DNA from: Balanoglossus misakiensis
Lineage: Eukaryota; Animalia; Hemichordata
NCBI GenBank assembly: GCA_040954595.2
Contig: CM082576.2
Span: 17,655,028-17,719,027 of the forward strand
Direction: 5' to 3'
DNA length: 64,000 nucleotides
Shown here in pieces: positions 24,801-43,924 of this stretch. Numbering within the stretch: the first letter of the stretch is position 1; each line of letters opens with the position of its first letter. The notes beneath the pieces are model-generated. The model was not told the DNA's origin. It did no database searches and was given only the letters and a program-made list of their open reading frames with translations. The translations under genes were made by a program, and so were the position numbers.

Positions 24801-27110
24801 GGTGGTTTTTTTTTCGTGTATGATTTTGTACCTGCATCAATAAGAGTACAGATACCACTGGTCTTATGACTTGATTATGACAGATAGGTAACAGCTGTCG
24901 AAAAAATATGTTTGACCATATGACTATAACGGACCATGTTGGTCCACTGACGTGGCGACCTTATTGGTTTTAAAATTAACCTCATCTGCATAATCATAAT
25001 CAAAATCATGCACACCATCTTTGTAGAATGAACGGCCATGGTTCTACATGCCAAATGTCTAATTCATATAGCCATATCTATTAGAGAAGGATATTTTTTA
25101 AGTATATTTTTAAATGTTCTGTGTAGCTGGGTAGATCCTCTTTCCAGTTTGCGTTCGGTTAATTGTTTTGTGTGTACGTGTGTGTTTCCTTAGCTCATAC
25201 TCAGCCGTATCAGATGCCATCTTTGGTGCTAATTATTCAACCGTAGCTGCTGCGGGGCCAAGCCAGTGCTATTTTGTTTTGTCAGGCTCATAAAATGCAC
25301 ACTTACTGCGAACCGTGTGTGTATTTCAAACATAGTCTTCATTGCACATCTTCTACCTTGCTTGCACAAAGTCTAGGTTAAACACTTGCGGAAAGGTTTT
25401 ATGGTCTCAGCCGGAACTCAAATCATGCATGGCTGAACCCACTCTGTTGCATAGGCTTAGACTCCATGCAAGGAGATGTAACAGGACGTTTGATTGGCGG
25501 TTGTCTTTCCTAGCAGATATAACGGTGGAGGGCTAGGTTTCAATTTAGTTCTATTCGTGGTTGTGATGTTTGACTTCTGCGGGTAACTTTGTTGGGGTCA
25601 GTGATCGATCGTTCTGAGAGAACTCAGCGATGGGGAGAACGTCATTCGTTCTATTGTTAAAATAATTAATATGCACGGAATTGACAACGTGGCAATAACT
25701 ATTTCTGTGCTAACAATAACAGCAGAATGTTTATAAAGTCAGCGTATCGAAGGTAAAGTTAGTACATTTTGTACGAAGGCATCGGCTGTTCGACTTCCAT
25801 CGTATGTGACTCGGGCGGTGACATCAGCAAAGGTATGTTTAACTTGTCGTCGACTGTTTTTTGCGCACTGATAGTATATGAATTCCTTCATCAAGTGCTC
25901 TAACATTGTCTGAAGGAGATTATTCACCCCGAAGACGTTTCCCCACATTTCGCTCAGGCTCTTTTATCAAGGCAGCTGTGGATCAGTTTCTCTAAAATTC
26001 GAAAATTAAAAATTAGGGGAAGCATTGAAAAGTTTGAACGAGGGGGCCAAAATGTGCCATATTTGAAATTCAAATCTGAAACTAATCACTGTGTTAACTT
26101 CTAACAAGTATACTTCAAGGTGTGGTTTCGAAAATCCTTTGAGGTGATAAACAAATGTTACTATCTAAACGAATTGAAACGTTACACAACTTTTGAAGAC
26201 GGGCGTGGAGCTTTAGGCCTATAGCACACATCCGATTTAACTAATCATCACGTATTTTGCTTCAGACGATTACAATTATTATTTCGTGAATTTTAAAATA
26301 ATTTTATTTCATGGCTCAAGTGATGGACTATTGCATGTCTGGTCGCATAACGAATTTTGTTCACGTAGTTTTGTCCGTTGTTTGATGCCCATTGTTACCC
26401 TGCTCAACAGTGGGTCATACAAATCTTTTGTTGCCAATGAACAGTTGCGTGCTAACACTAAGTATTTCTTGTTTGCCTTCATTGTTCTGGGATCGAGAAA
26501 ATAGCCTTTAACTCTTGCAGTGAACTGCAATGAAAAGCACTTTTGTTTGCAAAGTGACTTTACATACAATCCCAGTGTACTTGCGGCTGCAACCGTTCCA
26601 AGTCATCACTGTAACATTTGTTTGTCAAGTTAAACCCTGGTGCGGAAAGGCCAGGGATTCGGATTAACGTGTGTTTGTATAGTTGTTTATTTGGGAGTGG
26701 TCGTCGTGCATAATGACTGTGTAATTGATCTCATGTACATAGAAAATAATTGAACACTTTACACCTCTACGCGATTGACAGCTGTTTGAATGGCATGGCT
26801 ATTGTTTCACAGGGACGCTTCTGAAAAGCACTGAAACCAGATTTCTCCCAAAATCATCGTTGTTTCAAAAGCTCGTGTACTTTTTCGTCGATAACTTTAT
26901 GTTGAGTGTGTTTATAAAGCCAACTACTGTCGTTGTGTGGTGTAATTATTTATGCTTGGACCTGTTTGGGCCTATTTTCATAGAGCCAAGATCGTTGGTG
27001 TTGTCTGTTGTCAGTCAAACGGCATTAAGATTCGCTACTGATTTGGGGGGCCTTTTATACCCCGCACCGGGGTTTAAGTCTATAACATTAATGTTTTTTT
27101 TCAGACAACT

Positions 27111-34339
<7,229 letters not shown>

Positions 34340-37300
34340 GGTGATTATTTCATTTAAACAATGACATTTGATAATAGGGAATAATAGAGGGACAGTCTCG
34401 TATTTCTGTACTTTTAATTTTATTTCCTTGTTTTAGAAACATAGATATTTACTAGATATATTTGCAAACTATGAAACATTAGAAATTGTGTCTCAAACAG
34501 TACATCAAAGTAAATAATTTCCAAGCATTGATTTACTGTATGTGACGTGGGAAGCAGAAATTAATAGCAAGATTCATATCACAGATTTTAACATTATCAT
34601 TGAAATTGCAGGGCCTCCAACATTTGTTGTAAGGTTCCTTTGCTATTAGAATTTCTTTCATACTATAAGTTTATTCCATGCACATTTCAAAGCACACAAA
34701 TCCGTTCTTACTTTGCGATTATGTATTTCATCTTCAGGTGCGAATGTTTCATCATGGCGTCACTGGACAGGAAATGGTCAAGACTAAAACGAATTATATA
34801 ACTTCTTTCAGTGGTAGCATGCGGCGTATTTTTGCCAATTAGATAATATGAAACAAAGTCAGGTGATGGTTAATCATTTGAGAAAGTAATGTATTCAATT
34901 GATTATTTTCAAATTAGGTTGATGTAATTTCGTTTGGATAATATCATTTAACGTGGCGTTGTAACAAGCACCGGTGGTTGTAAGACAAATCCCACACAAG
35001 TGCTGGTCTCGTGCGAACAATAATATCATGCGAATACCTTTCAAAGCCTCTCCAGTAAACATATTCGACATCCCAATGTTCCTTAGTTATGAAAAGTATT
35101 ATATAAATTATTTAACCTCCCGCAGATAAAAATAAATAAATAGTTGAAGCTTCAAAATCTGCGAGAACAATGCAGAAGTAAAAATATAGCTTAAAAGAGT
35201 CTATATCCGGTTTGGGATGCACTTTTCACGGTTAAGATATGTTCAGATATTCAGCTTGGAAATATATGATTTACGGGAGTTCTAATGTTGTCTTTGCTAA
35301 GAATCAACGTGGCTTTATAAGATTCCGTCAGAACGCGTACGCAGCGTCTTAACTAATTTGGAAACAATCATATCCTGTCTTAGTACTATTTACGATTACA
35401 TGCCTATAGTTCTCTTTAAATGCATTTGAAATTATCCATGCGTGTTCCACTCGAGTGTAACCTTGGACAGGTGTTTTCCATCTTAAGATCCGGCGTGATT
35501 ATATTCAGAATATTGTTGTCTTTCTGTGATGGTTATCTGAATAAAATCAACATGTCTTTATGGATAGCAACAACTGTCATGTTTATATTTTTAATGCTAT
35601 TGACGTTTTGGATTTGTATAAGGCATTAAAGCCTCTAGAGCTGCCACGTTTTGCATCATTTTCGTGATATCATTTTCAAACTGAAATTGGTCCATCTAAT
35701 AAGCTTACTGATAGGTATACATGAACACCTTATCGATGCCCGACTGTGACTGCATGTTGCAATTTGAACACGCTATGTATTAAACAGGTGTCGCACCGAT
35801 TTAATCAGCCTCCATACAACCAGTACGCAGGTATCGTGGTATGCGTCGCCAAGAGATGACAAACTGATGCAAATGCAAGTAATATGTCTTAATGGTGAGG
35901 ATTTCAGAGGATAGGGAATATATTTGAAGTATGTTACTGAGGAAAAATATGTGAAATTTGGCAGCTATAGGGGCATTAAGGCGCCTGGGAGTGTGAAATA
36001 TATTCACCTGTTTGTCAACAGTCCTTTTCAAAACTGGAGAATAACCTTTTATTCTTCCTTTCGCTTTCTCGTTATTATAACGCTTCATTCAATTTCGACG
36101 TCCGAGAAAACGTCCTTCCTACACAGTATAAACAATAGCACAATAATTATATGCATGATAAAATGCGCCCTCTTTTGGTGAACTCTTCCTACCGCTATAT
36201 TACCGATATAGTTTAAAAAGTATGTGCTGTTCATATTACATGGTTTTCATGGTTTTCGGGCCCCACAATCAGAACAGTCTGTTCCATAATAGCACGGATT
36301 GTAAATTGAACCAGGTCCACCATCGTCACATTCGCCATCTCTTTGGTATTGGCATGTGTCTTCACATAGTGCTGATGCATAAAGATGAGAAGAGAAATGA
36401 GTACTAGTACATCGGAGAACATCGGTATCATATGTCTTGCAAGATGACATGTAAATTTTGACGAATTTGTTTGTGACCGAAAGCTCTCCATGATTCTATC
36501 AGCAGTCGCCCAAGACTTCTTTGTCTGAATTAGCGACACAGGCACAGGCAATGTCACAGCAAAGCACCAGGCGGGACATGGAGCGCCGAAGAAACGCCAT
36601 GGAAGCGCCAGACATACCGAAACAACTAAATAATTTTTACGTCAAGACGATCTTTCGATCATGCATGAACTCACTTGTAATTGGCACTTTTCGAGCCCCA
36701 AATCAGAACAGTCTGTTCCATAATCGCACGCATCGTATATTGAACCAGGTCCACCATCGTCACATCTGCCATCTCCGTGGTATTGGCATGTGTCTTCGCA
36801 TAGGTCTGAAAGAGAGAGGGTGGGAGAGAGGAAGACGGAGAGAGAGAGACAGAGTATTACAACTTTGCTGATATAGGCATCGTTATATTTCTAACTATCA
36901 CACGATATTCTAAGCATTACAGCCTCAGTTGACGTACCCATATTGCCCTGTCAGTGCAGACTGAAAAGCAGATATGCCCATATTCATCAGCTCACATCCG
37001 TGGCTTTTAATATTGCAATATCTGCACAAGTGTGCTGATCAACACTGTGAAATTCTTGTTCGACTGGGAACCCTTCTAACAGTCAGAGCAGCGAAAAGTT
37101 GGCACACTATTTTTTCACCGTCAAAGTCGGTACTTGACCCTGTGTTTCCAGTGAAAGCTACCTTCTACATACAATTGGTATATCATCTGCCTCAGAAACA
37201 TTCATGCAAACTTACCAAGAGGGGGGAGAGTAGGAGGAGGTGGAGCCCAAGTTGGGGAGATGTACAGAAGTTTGTTCGGTGTTGACAAAAGATAGCTGTA

Positions 37301-37488
37301 AGGTACTCCAGACAGGTCGATTTTGTTTGACTGAGCAGCATTCAACAACTCATTTTTCATCGGATCCTGGTTTATAGACGAGTTCTCTTCTAGTATCAAA
37401 GCCGCAACACCTTAGAAAATAGTATTCATGAGATGCAGATATGTTAATGAGGTGGCTACTGGGGTACTCATTATATATTCAAATATTC

Positions 37489-38540
37489 CGAGATGCGCCG
37501 AGAAAAACAATTTCACGATGGGCACATCCTCTACGTTCTCTTTCAAAATATCATGTTAACAATTATTTCGCATTGAGAATTTCGAAGAAGTAAAAATGAT
37601 TCATTCAACTTGGCAAAACCGCCAGCTTTGAAAACGTTATTTCAGCTTCTAATAACCGAATTTTACAACACCCCTCTCCACTAGCGTCCTATGCCCCGTA
37701 CGTCGCTCGCACGCGCAGCGAACTGTCGTGCCGCGCGTTCTCAAAAATTGTTCGAGACGCGGAGTGTAATACCGTAAAATATCGCGCTCAGTGTAATACC
37801 GTAAAATATCTTCGGGGCGAGAACACTAGAAAGTGCCAAATACAGGCGTTGCATATATGATAATTAGGGGTTATTACACGGATTTTGGTCGATAACGCGT
37901 CGTATTTGAGTGATGTCCGTATTTTGTCGAGTTGCGCTTCGCAACGAGTCGAAATACGGACATCACGAGAATGCGTCGCGTTATCGACCAAAATCCGTGT
38001 AATAACCCCTTTATCATACATGCCTACCTATAAAACAGTATGATTTGCGAAAATGCGCCGAGAAAAACAATTTCAAATTTGAACCAGGCGCTGGGATCAC
38101 GGCAGTAGCCATGTTGTGACGTATGACGTGTGGGCCGTAGTATAATTTTAAGGGGGTTGGCAGCTTTTATTACGATGGGCACATCCTCTACGTTCTCTTT
38201 CAAAATATCATGTTAACAATTATTTCGCATTGAGAATTTCGAAGAAGTAAAAATGATTCATTCAACTTGGCAAAACCGCCAGCTTTGAAAACGTTATTTC
38301 AGCTTCTAATAACCGAATTTTACAACACCCCTCTCCACTAGCGTCCTATGCCCCGTACGTCGCTCGCACGCGCAGCGAACTGTCGTGCCGCGCGTTCTCA
38401 AAAATTGTTCGAGACGCGGAGTGTAATACCGTAAAATATCGCGCTCAGTGTAATACCGTAAAATATCTTCGGGGCGAGAACAATAGAAAGTGCCAAATAC
38501 AGGCGTTGCATATATGATAATTAGGGGTTATTACACGGAT
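37489..38540. repeat. Duplicated ~365-bp block with a palindromic MITE interrupting the left Polinton TIR
   Basis: 37515-37880 is nearly identical to 38172-38540. 37855-38020 is a long hairpin (AGGGGTTATTACACGGATTTTGGTCGATAACGCG ... CGCGTTATCGACCAAAATCCGTGTAATAACCCCT) centred on GCTTCGC. Confidence 0.8.
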
Positions 38541-38852
38541 AAAGAAAGTTATTGAATTCGGCAAGACTTCTATTTAATTAACCCCCACGTGGTCGGTGGC
38601 TACTTGGGTACCGATAAGGGGGGGTCATTCTCATAGGTGATGATAGGGAGGCGTTTCAGAGAGGGGGGTCATACTTAATATGGTAATGATATGAAATATT
38701 TTCATGGAGACGTAAATTAAAAGTATAGAAAGTTATTGAATTCGGCGATGTTTCTATTTAATTAACCCCCACGTGGTCGGTGACTACTTGAGTACCGATA
38801 AGGGGTTTCATTCTGAGACAAGATAGTAAGATTTTGTTGCTCGTGTAGGGAG

Positions 38853-39176
38853 ATGTATTATGTGGTTGATGAGATCGAAAAAGAGGATCGTATACAATGG
38901 TTAAACACGTATTTCATTTTAAGCTGCTTGCGATACATTAGGAAAAAGCATGGTAGCATTAGTGCGAAGGAGTGTTATACTTTTCTACAGCACACTGATG
39001 CTAACGATGTGTTAGAGCTTTTCTGGAATATGACTTTCAAGTCTTTTCAGCCACCGCCGTCGCTTTCAGAACTGGCATGTGTGAAAGACCGCTTTACCTA
39101 TAGAAATGTGAGTAGCGGGACCTGTATTGTTAGAATGGGACATTGCATCGACGCCCTCCTCACACGTTTTACGTAA
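38853..39176 (+). CDS. Polinton accessory ORF, unknown function
   Basis: 107-aa ATG-initiated ORF directly inside the left TIR. Confidence 0.4.
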   Translation: MYYVVDEIEKEDRIQWLNTYFILSCLRYIRKKHGSISAKECYTFLQHTDANDVLELFWNMTFKSFQPPPSLSELACVKDRFTYRNVSSGTCIVRMGHCIDALLTRFT

Positions 39177-39182
39177 TGAGTT

Positions 39183-39842
39183 GTGGAAAACGAGATAAAA
39201 CCACCGAGGAAAGCTGCCGAAAAGTCATCATCATTCGACAGCGATCTGAAGATACACCTCACAAAATTACAGAGGTCCTTACATCCTAACAGTACGCCGG
39301 AGAACGAGAAATACATCGGCTGGAAGATGGCACACCAAAACCAATGTCTTAGCCAACAGACCACCGTCGCTGCAGGAGTCCAGACCATTGATGGGGATCC
39401 GACGGTAGAATGGGGTGATAACGGGGACTTCACACCGCAAGAACAGGAACTCATCAACCAATGGGCTGATGAGGAAGAGGCGTTGTACCGGTACGAGACG
39501 AAGTTCATGGACCTACTACAAGATCATTTATCGGTCTTTATATGTCAGGTAGCCGATGAAAATTGTGAAGGTTGTGAACTTCAAGACCCATCGCAGATAC
39601 ATCATGACTGTCTAATGTTGACCAATGCCGAGAAGATATATGCATACTTCGAAGTGGGCCTTAAAAGAATGGACATATGTGAGTTGATACAGGTATTACG
39701 AAGAGAGACTGATGTAACCAACGCCCACCTTTTAACAGTTATGTCCCGACAGAGGTGGTTGTACAGCGATTCCTCCTGTGATGATGCCCGCCGTGAAGAA
39801 TTTATGGATCGGTTGATCTTGAGAGAGAATCAAAGACAATGA
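39183..39842 (+). CDS. Polinton accessory protein with a CxGC...PSQxxHxCL motif
   Basis: CEGCELQDPSQIHHDCL putative Zn-binding motif of the kind seen in Polinton terminal ORFs. AATAAA at ~40036. Confidence 0.55.
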   Translation: MENEIKPPRKAAEKSSSFDSDLKIHLTKLQRSLHPNSTPENEKYIGWKMAHQNQCLSQQTTVAAGVQTIDGDPTVEWGDNGDFTPQEQELINQWADEEEALYRYETKFMDLLQDHLSVFICQVADENCEGCELQDPSQIHHDCLMLTNAEKIYAYFEVGLKRMDICELIQVLRRETDVTNAHLLTVMSRQRWLYSDSSCDDARREEFMDRLILRENQRQ

Positions 39843-40133
39843 GAACTACTCAATGAGTCGGCGTAGTAACCTTTGTAAAAAAAGATGCCGACATATCACA
39901 ATTTAACTCTGAATTTTTAAAATGATGACATATTTTACATCTAAGACAATGTGTATTCTTTTTCTTTTCAACATTTTTACATGTGTGAATTGTTCATACA
40001 CTTAACATATCTATAACGGTATGTTGTTTTTTACAATAAATAGACTTGAGCTCCAAGAGAAACTGAATCAGACGGTGTTTGTGTCTATCCCTGTACACAT
40101 ATCCCTCCTCAGCAACTCCTCTCATCCTTTCAG

Positions 40134-43100
40134 TTGTCAGTTATGGCCGATAGAACGCAGCCCGCCCTGTTAATTGCACAAGCCATCGCGGCGTGTGGCT
40201 CCATAGCTGAACTGGATAACCTTCTAGCACCCCATGGTGAAAACCTATCCCCTGACTTATCCCTCCTGGCCATGGATGCACGGTGCCGGATGCTCGAGAA
40301 CTATGTGGAAGTACACCAGCCTGCGCTTGAACAGGCAATACAGACATGCCAGACATTCGATGAATTGGATGCATTGCTATCCGAAATCCCTGACATGACT
40401 CCGAAGCTATGTACCCTCGTTCTACGGGCACGTTGCCGCCTAATCCAAGAGTTTGGTCAGAGTGCGCTTCATGATGCTGAGGTAAGTTCAAACGTGTTAG
40501 AACATCCTTGTTCATCAGATCCCCTATACATGAGTGAAAATCAGAGTACCGCTGAACACAGTAGTTGTATACAACGTGGTGGTGATGCTCCCATAGAATT
40601 TGTCAATGTTGTTAGCGATCAACAACCCTCCCATGGATCTCAACTTCGCGAATTAAGAGATCCGACTACACCCCTCCTGCTAAACGCGGACGTCTTGATC
40701 AAGACGATTAGGATGTCGAATTATATCAGATACGCGAAGTGAATAAGCGATTCATCAAAAAGTTTAAAACAACGGCTAGCGACTACGTAGTTAATTTCAC
40801 TCCTGTGGAAAGCCGGAATTTACAGGACGCGTTAAATGCACTCTACCAGCGTTTTGATAAGTTAATAGGTGAGCTGACTAGCGACATGAAATCGAGTGAC
40901 AAAATTCGGTTAGTTCTACGTACACCGCAGCTAGAGAAACCTGTTAGTTTACCGTTTGTATGTGTACGGGATTTCAAAACGGACCAGGTATTTGCACAAA
41001 TTCAACGGGTAATGCAGTCATACGAAGATTTCCAAATAAATGAGGATGTTTGTGTAAATGTGGTTCACGTTGATATGCCTGAGGGAGGGAGGGGTCCTGT
41101 GATGAAGAAAATGAATCTGACGGAGTACTTTGTATCTAAACGCTCTATAATTCGTATTCAGAATAAGGATGATCTTTGCTGCGCCCGCGCTATTGTTGTA
41201 GCCAAAGCTAAGATAGACAAACACAAGAAATACAATCAGATTCGTCAGTCAGACAAAAGTATCCAGGGTGAACTGGCTATAAAACTCCATGAGGATGCAG
41301 GGGTACCACTGGCAAAGTGTGGGTTGCAAGAGGTTCAAAGATTCCAGGCTGTTTTGCCAGGGTATCAAATCAACGTTTACTCTACGCAGCACGCGGCTCG
41401 TAACGGCATCATTTATTCGGGACCAGACGCCGATAAATATATATATATCTGTTTTATCACGACAACCACTTTAATGTTATTACAAGTATGAAGGTGGTGG
41501 TAGGTCGTTCGTATTACTGTGACAAGTGTAAGATGGGTTATAATGATACATATAAACACCCCTGCGAAAAACTGTGTCTAAATTGCAAGAGAAATGAATG
41601 TAGTAACCCCAGTGCTGATGAAAATAACGCTGTGTATTGTAAATCATGCAATCGTGTTTTCTATAGTGAAGAATGCTACGACCTGCATCGCACATTAACT
41701 AAGAAGAGTAAGAAGACAACGTGTGTTAAATATTATAGGTGTCGTAAATGTGGACAGTGGGTCCATCGTGACGATTCTAGACGTAAGGGTAAGGGTCATA
41801 TCATGCCTCAGGGACATAAGTGTTATATGAACGCAGCAGAATCAGCGGAGGATAGGGAACGTCGAGTGAGCGTGAAGAAAGCATCAGGTACCAAAACAAA
41901 ACAAGCAGGTGTTACCGAGGATACTGCTAGTGTAGGACGCAAACGGCCACATGATTTAACTATTTTCTACGACTTCGAAAGTAGGTTCCACCCGGACACA
42001 GGGACACACATCCCGAACCTCTGTGTAGCACAACGCGTGTGTCGTAGCTGTATGGGGCGACGACAGCTCGATAATGAAAGTCATTGCAGCGAATGTGGGA
42101 AGAATCAGTATATATTCAGAGGCGATACATCTGCCGAACAGTTTTGCGCGTGGCTTTTCACACCTGAAAATTCGGGGGCTATCGTCTTGGCTCATAACTC
42201 TCAGGCGTATGATTCTTACTTTGTTTTATCGTATCTGGAGAAAAACGGTGTACTACCTGAGGTTATAGTTAATGGCGGTAAATTTATGTGTATCACCGTC
42301 CCACACGTCGGAATAAAACTCATCGACAGCCTAAACTTCATGCCTATGCCTCTACAGAAATTACCCTCGGCTTTCAACCTACAAGACGTCAAGAAGGGTG
42401 AATTTCCGTTTCACTTTAACACCCCCGAGAATCAGAATTACGTTGGCCCCATGCCCCCTCTTGAGAGTTACGATATCGACGGTAAAAAACCCGGGGATAG
42501 GGAGAAATTTATCCGATGGTACAACGGTATGGTTGATGCAGGTAAACAGTTCGACTTCCAGGCAGAACTGATAGCCTATTGCAAAAGCGACGTGGATGTT
42601 TTGCGTTTGGCCTGTCTAGAGTTCCGTAAATTATTCATGAACGCCTCAAAAACTCAGTGCGTCGATGAGTCATGTACTGATGACAATGGCATGTGTCCGT
42701 TTAGAAACGCCATAACTATATCGTCTGCGTGTATGAAACTCTTTCAGAGAAATTTCATGAAAGAGGATACCATCGGTCTCATTCCTAGTCAGGGGTATGT
42801 TAATCCGGTTAAATCTTCGGTAAAGTGCGAACGATGGTTGAAATATCAATCACACAAGCTCGGTCAACAAATAAAGCATGCAAGAAACAGTGGGGAGTTT
42901 CAAATCGGTAGTCTGCGGGTTGATGGGTACATTGAGAGTCAGAAGCAGGTGTTAGAGTTTTACGGTTGTTTCTATCACGGTTGCCCAAAGTGCTATTCGG
43001 GAAAAACTATGAATCCGGTAAGCGGTCTCACGATGGAGGAGTTGTATGATAAGACACAGAGTAGAAGAAAGTTCATTCTCGCGGCAGGTTACGACATGGT

Positions 43101-43772
43101 TGAGATTTGGGAGTGTGAGTACGAGAGACAAATGAATGAGGATAGGGAGATGAAAGAATACATCAGCTCTCTGCCGATCTACGATCGCTTAAAACCTCGC
43201 GACGGATTCTACGGCGGGCGCACGAATGCTGTTAAATTGTATCATACAGTTAAGCCAGGGGAGGAGATAAAATATGTTGATATCTGTAGCTTATACCATT
43301 GGTCTTGCAAATGGGGTAAATACGTTGTCGGTCATCCCGAAGTAATTACAGAAGGTTTCCCGCCCGATAACGATATAACAGCTTTCGAGGGTTTAATCAA
43401 ATGTAAAGTATTACCACCACGTGAATTGTTTCTACCCCTACTGCCGTTAAAGTGTAACGATAAATTGGTTTTCACTCTATGTCGGGTTTGTGCTGAACAG
43501 TGTGCTTCGACACACTTTTGCTTACACTCAGATGAAGAGCGTGCGCTTACCGGAGTCTGGACTTCTCTGGAGTTAAAGAAGGCTGTTTCGCTTGGATACC
43601 GCATAATTTCACTCCATGAAGTGTGGCATTATGCAAATACGACAGAGTACAGTAAAGAGAATGTCGATGGGGGTCTCTTCACTGAATATATTAACACCTT
43701 TCTGAAGATGAAACAGGAGGCGAGTGGTTATCCAGACTAGTGTAAGACGGAAGAGGAGAAGACGAAATACAT
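40134..43772 (+). pseudogene. Protein-primed family B DNA polymerase (pPolB), frameshifted and 3'-truncated
   Basis: Three frames (40134-40742, 40739-41491, 41488-43740). Motifs: NKDDLCCARA, Cys-rich region, exonuclease FYDFE / AHNSQAYD / YCKSDV, Vsr-like VDGY...EFYGCFYHGC, polymerase YGGRT and YVDICSLY. TAG at 43738-43740; sequence breaks off ~43772 before the KxxxNSxYG and YxDTD motifs. Confidence 0.93.
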
Positions 43773-43924
43773 CTTCTTGAATTAACATTAAATATCAATA
43801 CATTTGAAAGTAATACTGCCATGTCTGTATGTCTATCTATCTATCTACCTACTATCTTATACCACAGTATATCGAAGTAAAATCATTCACTAGCGCCCCA
43901 TGAAAGATTTCGCCATCTGTACTG

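Noticed and set aside
24400-27100. Promoter or 5' UTR exon of gene B
   Set aside because: An acceptor at 27104 implies an upstream exon, but none could be located with confidence.
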